A stretch of DNA of 64,000 bases from Monocercomonoides exilis PA203 (Eukaryota > Protista > Preaxostyla), in NCBI GenBank assembly GCA_001643675.2, contig LSRY02000035.1, positions 1 to 64,000 of the forward strand, written 5' to 3'. Below, one piece after another: positions 14,141 to 26,951 of the stretch. The notes below the pieces were generated by a model. The model did not search any database. It saw only the letters and a list, made by a program, of their open reading frames with translations, and was not told the DNA's origin. Position 1 is the stretch's first letter. Every line of letters starts with the position of its first letter. A program made the translations under genes and the position numbers.

Positions 14141-15568
14141 AAAAAATGAATAATTTTATTTGAATTAATAAATAAAACATTCAAATAAAAGCTGAATGAA
14201 AACATTTTGATATGTATGTTTTTCATCTTTATCAAACTTGTGGAAGAAAACTATGCATCTATTAAAATTCCAGGCACATTCTGTGCAATGAAAAATTTCA
14301 ATCAAATAAGAATTTTATTTATCAACGAATCTCAATTTTTTGATGAAATTAAATCGGTAAAACCCTTGAACATTTATGGATCAACAATTGCTAAATAGTT
14401 CAAGCAATAAAACCCTTTTCACATTGAAAAACTGATATTTTCACTATTTTCAAAATATTGAATATATTGTTTTTTGATCCAAATCGTTTTTTCTTGTAAA
14501 GATGTTTGTTTCGAACTAGCACACATTATTGTGAAATTTTTATTTTTTCCCCAGTATAATTGTGAAGGAAAGTTTATTGTTAAACTTTCATGGGTCAAAT
14601 TATTGATCTGTGGTGACTTTTCAAAAAGAATGACCCATATATATAATTGTTGATTGTAAATTTTAAACATCTGAGTCACCTTTTAAAAAGTGGGCTCGCA
14701 TCAGTTAGTGCCCGACACCGTTTTTTTTTTTTTTTTTTTTTTTTTTGACAAAAACAAACTTATTGATATTAATTATTTATTGAACACAAATAATCACCTA
14801 ATATTTGAAACATATTTGATTGTTCAGAAAGATTGATTTTCTTCAAACAAACCTTAATTTAATCTTATTTTATTAAATTTCTATTAACGCTTTGACAGAA
14901 GCCATATAATTCAATGCAAATGAATATCAATATTCTTCAATTCGTTTATCAATGTTTTTGAAGTTATGTTTTCATTTTCACATTTTTATAATTAATCATT
15001 TTTCAAAGGCTTAAAATCTAAGTGATTTTTCATGTTTAACAAGTTATTTCTGATCGTCAAAAATTATCTAAATTTTTATTTTGCATTTTTGCAATTCGTT
15101 AAAGAAAATTCTTTCCTTTTTATTTTACGATTGTTTATTTTCACAAATAAATATTTGTTTGATATGTTGTTCGGAAATAAATTGACTTGAGAGAATTAAT
15201 TTCAATGAATATGAATAAAAAATTCTTTTATGAAAATGTTTAAAAACAATCTGATCTGAATTAAAAGTTCATTTCAATTTAAGTCTATTAAGTTTTTTAT
15301 TTGTTTTTTTTTCATTTTTCCGTTACCCTTCTCCTTTGTGATAGTTTTTCTTTGAACAAATAAAAGTTAGTGAACGTCACAGCTATTCGCATGACATTTT
15401 TGATTTTCTTCATCCCTTTTTTAATTTGAATTTATCTTTATCTTTATCTTCATCTTTTGCAGTCTTTTCTTTCTCTTCTTCTTCTTCTTTTTCTTCTTCT
15501 TCCTCTTCTTCTTCTTCTTCCTCTTCTTCTTTTTCTTCTTCTTCTTCTTCTTCTTCTTTCTCCTTCAG

Positions 15569-17595
15569 CATTTAGAAGAAGTTGCATCCAGTTTATCAAA
15601 GGAAATAGAAGAGCTGATAGCAGAGCCATTGAGTATGGAGCAAAGTGTATCGGCTGCTCAACAAAGACTGCTTTCGAGAAAGCAACAGCAACACGTTTGT
15701 GTCAAATTAATCGTCTTTCTCTATTTCTTTTTTTAACTAATCCATGTCATATTTATTTTCTCCTTCTCTCTTTCTCTTTCTCTTTCTCTTTGTTTATATG
15801 TAATTATATATAATTCTTTTTTTTCTTTCTCTCTTTGACCAATTTATTTCCATTTCTTCGTATTTGTGTTGCTTCAAAAAAACGTGTGTGTGAGTTTATT
15901 TATTAATGAAAGTTTCAATGCATAACGCTTTCCTTCACAATGTTCTGTTGATTTCTCTCCTCTATTATAGTATTTTCTTCAATATTTCTATTTCTCTTCT
16001 CATCTTCTCATCTTCTCATCTTCTCTCTTCTCTCTTCTTCTCTTCTCTTCTCTATCTTTTCATCTCCTTTTCCTTTTCCTCTTCCTCTTCTCCTCCTCTC
16101 CTCACCTTCTCCTCCTCTCCTCACCTTCTCCTTCTCCTCCTTCTCCTTCTCCTCATCCCCAGCTACACTCAGCGCATCCCTACTGCACTCAGCCCTCTCC
16201 ACCTCTCCAACGACACCACTGCTCCTGTTTCTGGTGTGAATTACGTTCCTCCTCCGCCTCCTCTTCCGCAGCGTGATTTTGTTCCTTCAGCGCCTTCACG
16301 GACAGACCATGGGCAGAGGAAAGAGGAGAGAGAAATAGAAAAGGGAAGGGGAAGAAGGGGAAGAAAGGGAAAGAAATAGGAAGGAAGAGAAGAGGATAGT
16401 GAAGAAGGAGGAAGAAGAGAAGAAAAGAAGAAGTGGAGGAGGAGGAGGAGGAGGAGGAGAAATGGAGCTTGGGAATGGAGATTGAGAAAGAAATTTGAAT
16501 TTTGATGAAGAAAGAAGAGGAGAAGGATATTATGATGATGAGGAAGAGGAAAAAGAAAATAAAGATGACTTGATTTTGCTTAGTGAAATGGAAAACAGAG
16601 AAAATAGCAGATTTGGAGAAGAAGCAGAAGAAGCAGAAGAGGGAGAAGAGGGAGAAGAGGAAGAGAATAGAAATAGAGAGAGTGAGAATAGATCTGGGAA
16701 GAAGAAAAAAGAGGAAGGAGAAGGTAGAAAGAATGAGAATAAAAAGGAAATGAAATTTTTCATTGAAAATTCCTTTTCTGAGTCAATTCATTTCACCAAC
16801 ACTCAAAAACCGCCTTCACATCTATCAACACAGCCAGCATCTATCAGAAGCATATCAAATGCATTCGCTTCACTTTCTTCTTCTTCTTCTTTAACAGAAT
16901 AGTGTGCTGCTTCACATTTTCTTTCAATGTCGCATTCTTCTTTATCCTCATCCTCATCCAAAAGCCGTTCAGTACTCCGTGAAAGGCCTCTTGTTCTGCA
17001 GTCGTCGCGTACCACGGCTGCCTTGCTTTATCCGTGTCTCCCATCAAATGATGTGAAAATGTTGAGAGGAGTGACATCGCTTCTCTGGTCTATGAAGGCT
17101 GCTCTTTCTTCGCTTTCTCTGCTTGGTGAAGACAACAACAGCAGCAGCAATGGAAGAAGCAGAAGTGATAGAAACAATAGAATCACCGATTATCCTCTTT
17201 TTGCAGATGAAGATGGAAACACAGCCAGACTCGATTGTCTTCTGCCATCTTCTGCTTCCTCGAAGCACTTGGCAATGCTGACAAAAGCTAGCACAGGAAG
17301 ATTGTTTGTTTCACCAGGCAAAGCAGAGGGACAGGCACATTCTCATTCGCAATCACAATCTAATTCACAATCACAGACACAGAATCGCGCACAGTCAACG
17401 ATGTTCTCTCTGAAGAAGACGGAAGAGTCGTTCACCTCCTCAATGTTTGCGAGAGAAGTGACCAGCTGCAAGATTCAGCTTCTATGTGCGACTGTTCTTC
17501 CGTTTGACCCGTTTCTGTCGCGCGTGATGGAATTGATGGATGGGAAGCATGTGCAGTGTGCCACACAAATCATATGTTATTCGATATTCCTCTAA
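15569..17595 (+). CDS. Hypothetical multi-exon gene or fragment carried inside hAT copy A
   Basis: Exon-like blocks (15569-15694, 16163-, ORF 16927-17595) separated by pyrimidine-rich introns with GTTTG/CAG sites; S/E-rich; no domain recognised. Confidence 0.4.
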
Positions 17596-18681
17596 AAATT
17601 CCAGTTATCTTCTTCAGATGCAAACCTTTTTGTCTTCATCAAGTTCTTAGGCTTATTCTTTAAACACAGATTCATATGATCATTTGAAGAGAATCCCAAA
17701 AACACAATGCATAACAAAGCATTCCATCATCCGTTCAGCAGCTGACGTTGAAGACTCTCAGCTCAGTTGTTCCAATCAAAAGGCAGAGCCAGATCATCTT
17801 CGGTCCCTTTGCTCAAAAAATCTTTATCAACAGCAAGTACTTCTTCTTCTTCTTCCACAGAATCCTAATCTCCCATCCACATCTCCCACCCAAACAGCAT
17901 CCGCTCCTTTTTCGCCACTGCCCCCAGACTTACTTCCCGCACATACGTATTCTTCCACCACCGCGTCTCGTTCTTGCTGAACCCCAACAGCTTCACCTCC
18001 ACTTCCGTGCTCCCCGAGCTCTCCCCACATACATAAACTCTCATCACCCACAAAACTCCGAGCGCAAGCACACTGAAGTTGTTCATCCTGATACTGCTTA
18101 GCTGTTCAACTTCAGTCACTTCGCAGCTCAAAGATCCGCTGCCATAGCTCCGCCTCCCCTGCTTTCAGGCTCTCCAATATTCAATGGATTCACTCTCACA
18201 AACTTGCATGTCATTTGAACCACCTTATTCACTGTCTCAGAAAGCATATTCGCTTCATTCTGCAGCACGACGTAAGTATTACTAACCAGCAGCTCCAAGC
18301 CTGTGGCATGCAAAAGTTAAAACTCTTCTTCATCGCATGACTCTGTTTCCACCTCTGCCTCCAAACAATTAAACACTATACAACTGTCCTCCACATCCAG
18401 CGCCCCGCCTCCCACCAAAAACGCATTCTCTGCTCCATCTCCATGTAGGTTCGATACTATTCTCCTCAAATCACATATTTCGCCTTTTCTTTTTGCTTCA
18501 GCTCATTCAATATTCAGTTAATTAACTTCAATTTTCTGTCAATACAAAAAACATTTATAATTTGTTCTATATTTCAGCTTTTTATTAAGGTCGAGAGATA
18601 AAGGAAAGAAAATAAATAAGTGACAAACAAAATGATCGATTCAACAGATTCAAAACTGAAAAAATTTATTTCCATGAGATA

Positions 18682-20215
18682 TTAAAGACGAAGAAGAGCA
18701 TTGAGTGTTCTGTCTGAAATATTGTGGTGATGATCTCCAATTATTACACAGCAATTTGAAAATATTCTCTCATATTATGATTCACAGCAAGGAGATATTG
18801 TTATGCTGAAAACAATGTTAGGAAATATTGAATATGTTTCTCTGTTATTACTTTAATCTTAATAAAAATTGTAACCATTTTATTCAATGACTTCATCTTT
18901 CTCTTTTATAAGTGATAATTCTTGAAAAAACTTCATGCATTGAGACTTAATTCTATTGTGCCTTTCGAACATCATGTGATCAAATAAAACTCAAAAACTT
19001 GCCACAATCTCTCCACACCAATCAAAAAATGTGTTATCCCAAAGTGTTTTCGATGTTTTATTTATCAAATAAATATTGCACACTTCAATTCTTCTGAATC
19101 GAGTATCATTGCAAATGAAATCCACATCACTATCGCTTTCGCTTTCACTTTCATTGTCTTCTTCATTGTTCGCTGATTCTTTTGCATTTCTTGAATTATC
19201 TTCTTCAGATTGTGTTTTTTTTGGTAATGTCTATTAACAAACTATCCAACACTTCATCACACTGAGCAGTTTTTCTTGTCAAGTTGCAATTGACAAGATC
19301 CGCTTGATTGCTTTCATGTTGAAATTCGTCATCCTTTTCTTATTCTTCTGCTAGAATCAATCCAAACAAACATAGTTCATCAAAATAATCGATTTCGTAT
19401 TGTTCTTCAAATTCTTTTGTTTTCTCTTGAGGATTCGAATCAAGAGTTGATATGTGATCATATGAATTTTGAAGTTTTGAGTTTGAGAACTCAATATTCA
19501 GAGCTTTTGTGCAATTTATTTCAACAGAAAGAAAAGTGATATTCCTATGAGCAACAATGTTGTTAAAAGAAAGAGCAAGTTCTTCTGTCAATGTTGAAAC
19601 AGAAGAGCTATAACTTGGCTTCGAATTAACCGAACGTATTAAATAATTTGACTTCTATGAAAATAACAATGAGATCTGATTATTCAAAATTAGATCACAT
19701 TCGTGATTAAAAATCAAAGAGTAGTCCTTACAATACATCAATCCACAAACAACACAATCTTTTGACATGGACACATCAAAAGTCTGTTCAAATCCTTTTT
19801 CGAAGTTCTACCATTAAACAAAGGAGCAAATGCAATAAACAATATACGATTAACGACGTCAAGAGTTGATTTGGAAATAACCAATTCTTTCTGCTTTGGA
19901 TGAAAATAACATGTGATAAAATATTGCATTTCAAATAGATAAATTTCAAGAAAAAATAAATTAAATAATACAGTTTGTGTATTCACCGTATTCTTCTTTT
20001 TCGAGTTTGATCATCTTTCACTTGTGTATGTTTAACATCTCCACAGTTTCTTATTATTGCTCACACTATTTTGATTAAAATCAATAAAATACTGTTGTTT
20101 AAAATATAAAAAATTTAAAAACAATCCTCAAACGATTTCCGGATTATCCAATGAAAAGGCAAACACATGTGAGGCATCCATGATAAACAAATAAATAATA
20201 ATTTCCAAATGCTTT
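18682..20215 (-). pseudogene. Decayed hAT transposase (C-terminal dimerisation domain recognisable)
   Basis: Minus-strand FSITISPCCES*YERIFSNCCVIIGDHHHNISDRTLNALLRL* aligns with YSLIQSPCSECFCERLFSRARRIVGERRQSLSIDTLNCLLHI of copy B. Confidence 0.7.
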
Positions 20216-20583
20216 CTTGACTTAAATTCCGACAGTGACCGGTAGTAACGAAAGTGCCGCGGTATTTACACCGCAAAAAAAGATCACGACTCAACCCAAT
20301 GTTCATGAAAAAATTGAAAATGAACAGTTGAAAAATCGATTATAATAATAATAAATTCCAAAGTTATCAAAAATTAATTGTAAATAAAATTTAATAATTG
20401 CCTGTGTTGACTTTTTTTGTCAAAAAATAATACTTTTAATATGAGTGAAGTAATTTATTCCGTCACGTCACTTCACTCAAAAATGTTCACGTCAGAAGGC
20501 ATGTGACGAAGATGTTTAGTAAATTTATGTTTAAAACACTTTGATACCAAAATAAGGTCTATTAATTAGAAAAAATAACGAAC

Positions 20584-23500
20584 ATTCAATTTCTTCTCTT
20601 CTCATTGAGAGAAAAACTTAATTTGTGGTTGTTGCTTTGCCCTTTGGACTTCTATCGAAAGAGCGGAAATCACATGTCTTGGATTCTCTTTTGGCTTGTG
20701 CCCTTGTGCGAATAATGAAAATGTCATTTTCTTCTTCTTGTCTGTTCTGTTCAACATTCAATTCATCTCTTGTTCTATCATCGTCTCCTAGAGTTTGCAA
20801 CTTCTTTCCTTTTGTCCTTTTCCTCCTGACAGTCTTCGTTTTCACCTCTTCCACTAACTTCTCCATGGAAGCATCCACTTCTTCACTCTTTAATTCCTCT
20901 TCTGAAAGAGTTCTTTCATTGGCTTGTTCTCTTTTGCTTCATCTTCAACACTTGCTTTTGGACATTCTTCGTTCTCCTCGTCAGTAAACTTTTGTTCTTT
21001 CATTGTTCCAACAATAACTCGTGTTATTAACGATACAAAATTTATCCTGAAATAGTGCTAAACAAAAGTATTTATATTCTGTAAAACCCTTGCGTACTTG
21101 GCAAACTGTGAAGGAAGGATTCTTGCTATTGTTAATGGAGACAAGGTTGCTTCCTTAAAAGAGAACGGCTTGAATCCCTGAAAAACTCCTGTAAGCTTCA
21201 TTGCCTTCGAAGCCAGCTTACGGATTCCGGATGCTGTTAGAGGTTAGAACGATGTGGAATTGTGCAAGTTTGTTGCTGTTCTGCTTATGTTTGACCAGGA
21301 AATACAACTCTTTTATTGTTGAAGCTGGTCATTTTTATGGGAGTTCCGGAAGAAAATGAACTACAATCTCTGATCGTGTTTGTAATGTCTTTAATGCTGC
21401 ATCCAAATAGACACGCTCTTCTTCTTCCCGAGAGTCCTCCATGCTTATCCTCTCCAGTTTTGAAAATCTGCAACAGAGAAGAACATTGTCAACGTTATGA
21501 ATTTCATTGTTCCTTCTTTGAAAGATAACAAATTGTTAGTGCCTAACTCAGTGTAGTATTTTAACAAAACATTCGGATTCATAATGTCAGGCGCAAGTTT
21601 CTTCATCGACTTGTCTGTTAAACGAAAGACACGAAACAGAATCCGAATGATTGCAATGTCTCCCCAAACGGTTTTAAAAACAAGAACTGAGTAAAAAAAT
21701 TCAGCGGCTCTCACCATCTGTATAACTGAAACCTTGAATCCTCTATTCTTCATCGTTAAAAATACATCCGCACATTTGACGGTCCAGTCCGGTGAGTTGT
21801 CTGGAATATGTCCATGGGCACACTTCTTCCATTGGTCTGAAAAGTGCGGAAAATAGAATAAATATCCATCCCATGTTGTCCTTGCAATTCCAGCCTTGCA
21901 CTCCTCTGCGAGCTCCAAGGGGATATTTCTTTCATGAAGCGCGTGCATCCACCAGGCTTCTCCTCTCTCCTTAATGGATTCAGCAGGATCACTTTCATTT
22001 TCCATGGATGGAAACAGGCTCCCGTTTTCTTCATCTATGTCCACTCTCGAAGAATCTTGGAGCTGTAATTCAATTCCAAGCTGTAATAATTGCTCGTTTG
22101 AAGAAGGATGTCCCAATTCTGAACCTTCCAGCTCGGTAGGAGTGTGATCGCTTGAACTTTCTCCATCTGAGCCTTTCGTATGACCTTCGGAATCAGAGGA
22201 ATCGGAGTATGGACCAGAACAAACCCATAGCTCCACGGAACTGTCAATCCGTCTTTGTCAATAGGACTGCCCATACCGCACCATCTTTTCACTTTGTGAT
22301 TATGTGTCAAAGCAAAAGCATCGAAAGTCGGTCTCACTTTCCATCGAGCAAGTATTTGTCTGAGTAAATTGTCTCCGATCTCGTTGTTCCATTCCCTTTC
22401 CAGCCGAGATAGTTAATCTGATATGTGATTCTTCCTTCCTGGAAGATGTTGTGCTCTCATTCACAAATTCCTCGCTTCTGTCCAGTTCCTTATCTTGTGA
22501 AAAACTGGTCGAAGATTCTTACTCGCGTTACAACGATTCACATTGAAAACTACTGAACTGTTGTCTGATCGGAGTTGCAGATGGGATATTTTGTTGTGCT
22601 AAATTGTCTGTGAAAAATGAAGAAGGGAAACAAAACAGCTGACAGTTCACTGAAGTTGGACGAATGGCGATGGTCATAATTGGAGAACCTGACATGCCAG
22701 TCCAAAAGATTGTTGTTCATTCTGAAAGTTTCACCCCATGCTCGTTCGGCTGCATCTGTTGTCAGAACAGCTTGAGGAATGAAAACGAGAACAAATTCCC
22801 GATTTCTGGTTTATCTCAATATCCTCCTCCATTCTCTGATCTCCTTGAGGACTGATGAATTCATCCTCATCATCTTCTTCCATCCGATCGCTCTGACACT
22901 CTTTTGGAGTTAGTGATGCAAAGTTACGAGATGGAGGGATGCGTCTGGAATGATAAAACGAGCTGTGTTATACTTCCCAATAGCTGACGCCCAGTCTTTC
23001 ACACGAATCTGTTTGGCTTTTATGAATATTTTTTCCCAACGTCTCAGCAGCTCTTGGAGAGAAGAACGCTTTTCCTCAATCAATTGTACTGTAAATTTTT
23101 TTGTGTTCTAAAGGAACCTCAAGAACACAAACTTCTGTGTTGGTTTCGGATGACATTTCTCTTTGTTGATGAGCAATCCCAGTCTATTTTAAAACAGAGT
23201 CACTTCTTCTGTAATTTTCTTCAGAAAGCTTCAGTCTTGGTGCAACAGAATAAGATCGTCCAAGTGAGAATCCACTCTGACTTTCCATTTTTCCTTTATC
23301 GCTGCTGTCACTTTCCTCATTATCTTTGTGAAAAACCGAGGTGTGTCTGTTAACCCGAAAAGAATTCCTTCGAAAACATAGTCTTGTTCTTCGAACTGAA
23401 AAGAAAGAAACGGCTTCAGGTCTTCGGATGTTGGTTTTTAGTGAAACGACTGGGAAAGATCCAACGTTAACGCAAAGTCCCTCTTTTCTTTCAAACGTTC

Positions 23501-24827
23501 CACATTCCGTTCGTTTTAACATTTGAAATGCCACTTTTTCATTGCAGCATTCAAATAACTGCAATCCAGGATTTGGCGCCATGTGCATGACTTCTTCATG
23601 AAAAGAAAAACATTCTGACAAAAATGACCTGTTCTGGAGGTATTGCGCTGACGATGATTGTCTCCAGCTGTTCTTTTAACACGTTTCTGATATCCAATAG
23701 TTGTTCCATGCTCATATCCGTTGTTCCGTCCTCCCATGATTTCTTCCTCAGTGCTTCCTTTGTTTTTTTGTTTGTTCATGCATCATGTGCACGCAGTCTT
23801 TTAAAGCTTCTTATTTTGATCTTGTCCCATTCCTCCAAAAACTGCTCTGTCCTGCTTCCAATCCTCTATTAGGTTTCCATCAATATTTCATGTCTCCCTC
23901 GGAACGTCTTGAAGCATCCATCTTCCAAGTTTCTCCTGCTCTTCTCTGGGAGTTACTGAAGCAATACTGACTGCCTGACGTCCGGGGCCACCTCCGAAAA
24001 AACTGTCTTTCGCAGAAACTTCTTGACAGCTCCTCTCGATGTGTTGCACTGTGATAATTATCTGTTTTTCTTTCCAATTTTCTTTCAAATGCGACTCTTT
24101 GAATTTGTTTCAATACCATTCTTGTCTCTTCCAGTATATCCCGATGTCTCTTTGTTAGCAGTCCTCAAGTGACTTCGCCCTCCATTTTTCTTGCTGCTGA
24201 AAAACCAAATTATCCATGAATTCGTTCTCTTCTTGCCTCCTGCATTGCTTGTGCTCCCAGAATCAACGCTTCTCTTGCAACTTCCTCAGCAGAATTGGCC
24301 TTCCTCATTATATTCTGAATCGATCATAAAATGGCTATGAAGGCACGGAACAGATATCTCTCATCTTGTTCCCTGGCTTTATCCAATGTATCTCTATACA
24401 AATATTCAGTTCAAACATCTGCTAAAGGAGATGCTTGTAATACCGGGCTGAAATCCTGTTCATTGTAACATGTTGCAATATCTTCCACAATTGACTTCGG
24501 AATTCTGACATCAAACAGAGAGATTGTCTGCTCAGCATCAAAAACGGATTTATATAACACAACGATTGCTTGAGAATTTGATTCATCTGTCAAGCTGGGG
24601 AAAGGGAGTAGTTCTGATCCTTCCTGTGCAAAAAAACTCGAAGAAACTGTTGGAATCTATGCACTTCTTCCTAGGGAACTCGTTAGCACACTCATCTGCC
24701 CACAAGTTCCAGTTGAAGATGAAAGCACAGCTTGCAATGGAGTTTGTGGGGTGAATATCATTTTTGATCACAGAAGTGACATGTCACATTAAGTGACATC
24801 TCTCAATATGAAGAGAAGAATTTGAAT
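20584..24827 (-). mobile_element. Degenerate DIRS-type YR retrotransposon related to 40088-44512
   Basis: Colinear remnants: gag (QAMQEARRERIHG*FGFSAAR vs AALQEARHKRIQAEFGFDAVR), RT (MKKSCTWRQILDCSYLNAAMKKWHFK), RNaseH (HLQLRSDNSSVV), MT (FDAFALTHNHK..LVHTPIPLI), YR (SVADFQN; SGIRKLA..FKPFSFKEA..HYFR). A 29-bp inverted repeat (26/29) links 20584-20612 and 24799-24827. Confidence 0.85.
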
Positions 24828-24999
24828 AAAGGTTTATTTGTCAAATAAAATTTAACACATTTAAAATTTATTGATAAAAGTTATTTTATGAAAATTACGA
24901 GAAAAAATTGTTTAAAAATATGAAAAGATATCCGAAAATTTCTGCTTTTGTTCCTTTAAAAGCTCACAACTATTATGACCTCATCTTTCTCATCACCTA

Positions 25000-26951
25000 T
25001 CCTTTTTTTGTATTGCATAAAGTGCTTGACGAACATTCCATTCAACTTTTTTTCTGAATCTTCTTATCTGTGCTATTTCTACCTCTTCGCAAATCACTTT
25101 GAAAGCTGGACAGATATGTGACTTTGTTCCTTTGAATACTTCAATATCTTTGCTTGGTTCAGTTTCAATTCTGATTGAGGATGCAAGGGTGACTTTGGAA
25201 AGTGGAGATGATGGTTTTCTTGCTGACAACAATCAGCTTTTGGAGGGTTGTTCTATGCGAGTTCGAAACACTGGGCGAAGTGTCGATCGCAATGTTTTCT
25301 CAGATCGAGTGCACCGGAAGCAGCAGCGTGGTGGAGTGCAGTGTGTGTATGATTGGGGGTAAGGAGAAGGGGAGCGGAGACGGGGGATGTGTAAAAATCG
25401 CAGCGAGTCCAGAGGAGGCTAGCGAGGCCAGACACAGACCCATGGCTTGGGTTACGGTGTGTTCTTGGGGGAGGCTGATGTCTCCAGGCAGTTTGCCCTC
25501 GAGCACGTGGTGTTGGCTGTGGTTGATACAGCCCATTTCAACTGGAACATGCCCAGCGCCGATATCAGTTCGCTCGACGAGCTCAGCGGATTCGAGCTGC
25601 TCCCTGCCCGACCATCCCTCGCGCCCTTTCCCTCAGACTCACTCCACCTCCCTCTCTCATTTTCAACCTCCACTTCACCTCCCACTCCTCCCACCAGCCC
25701 CAACCTCGATGTCGACCTCCTCCCCTTCATCACATCCTACCGCGCCTACTAAATGTTCATCGATCAGGACACCGGCTTTTCTGCTCGCCAGGTCAGCTAC
25801 CTGCTTTACCCCTGCGACTTCATCTCCATAACTGTGTTATACATCAACCGCTCAATAGAAAAATACCTCTGGATCAGCCCACTCTTCCCTCTTCTTCCTC
25901 CTCGACGGATAACTAGCTGTGTACTCCTTCCTCTTTTCCGCGGTTTACCAGCTCGTCCACCTCAACTCCACCCACCTTTGTTCTTGCCGAGGAACCCTTT
26001 GCCTCTCCAATATGTATGTCCATTCCCTCCCCCATCACCTGCCCTGCTCATCATGCTCTCGCTGCTTCCTCCCTCTTCTTCTCCGACGCCAACTTCTCCG
26101 CCCTCAATGTTGCCTCGCCTGTGCTCCTGTTCGACGATTACATCAGAAACTTTATTGAGCATCACATCACCATGGATCTCTCCGTTGGAGGTTTCAGCGT
26201 TGTTATTCTCATCTCACTGTGTTTAATCAGTCAATAAGCTTCTTCACTATGATGCATTCCATCTTCACTGCCATCTCGCAAACTGCACCATCTCCCAGAG
26301 AGGAGCTCCCTCTGCTCTTGGGCTTGCAACCTTGTTCTCCCATTGCTCTTCAGTCACGCTCGATGCCTGCTCAATTAATGGAGGTGCTCCCCAGCCATCA
26401 CAAACTTCCGCCAGCAACTCCTTATACGGCTGCAGCAACAGCGCAGAGTGACCATTGAGCCAGATGCATCAGATGTTCAATATGGACAAGAGGCACAAGA
26501 GAGTGTCTGCGAATGGAATACCTCTCTCATCCACTGCCAGAGCATCACCACTGTCCTCAAAGACACAAACATCTCTGGCGCACAGCTGGGCGCATTCTTT
26601 GCAGCTGCCAGCAGCATCCGTGTCGACCGCTACGGGTTCGCCAACAACAGCCCCTCCATGCCCTCCCTCTGGCCTGGCGACGCTTTCCTCCCTGTCTCCT
26701 CCTTGTGGCTCCTCAACCGCAGATGCACCCTCCACGGCATCCCCTCTCACAACTCTTCTCTGCTTTTCATTTCTGAGCTTGACTGCGTGCAAGCCAACCA
26801 CACACCTGACACCATGGCTCTCACGTTCAGCGGATTGCTCCTCGCTCCCTGCAATCTGTCGTTAGCTGTTGGAAAGAGAAACAGCGAAGAAAAGAAGGTT
26901 GATAGGAACAAGTCTAATGCAAATGGATCATTGTCAGAAGGAGAATCTTAA
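25000..26951 (+). pseudogene. Decayed Pmp-like/beta-helix surface protein gene
   Basis: GKEKGSGDGGCVKI, AHGLGYGVFL, GAQLGAFFA..FANN motifs spread over several frames with stops. Confidence 0.45.

Larger units (their letters stand above)
8880..14636. mobile_element. 5.76-kb non-autonomous TIR element of the same family as the MITE, enclosing host-gene fragments
   Basis: Left GGGTCATTCTTTTATGAAAAGTCGC; right end reverse-complements to GGGTCATTCTTTTTGAAAAGTCACC; ATAT on both flanks (8876-8879, 14637-14640); no transposase seen inside. Confidence 0.65.
14664..20518 (-). mobile_element. hAT-superfamily DNA transposon (copy A, 5.85 kb) with decayed transposase and cargo
   Basis: Ends TAAACATCTGAGTCAC.. 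/ ..GTGACGAAGATGTTTA; perfect 8-bp TSD GTAAATTT (14656-14663, 20519-20526); poly-T ~57 bp inside the left end and GTCAC/GTGAC subterminal repeats, as in copy B. Confidence 0.85.
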
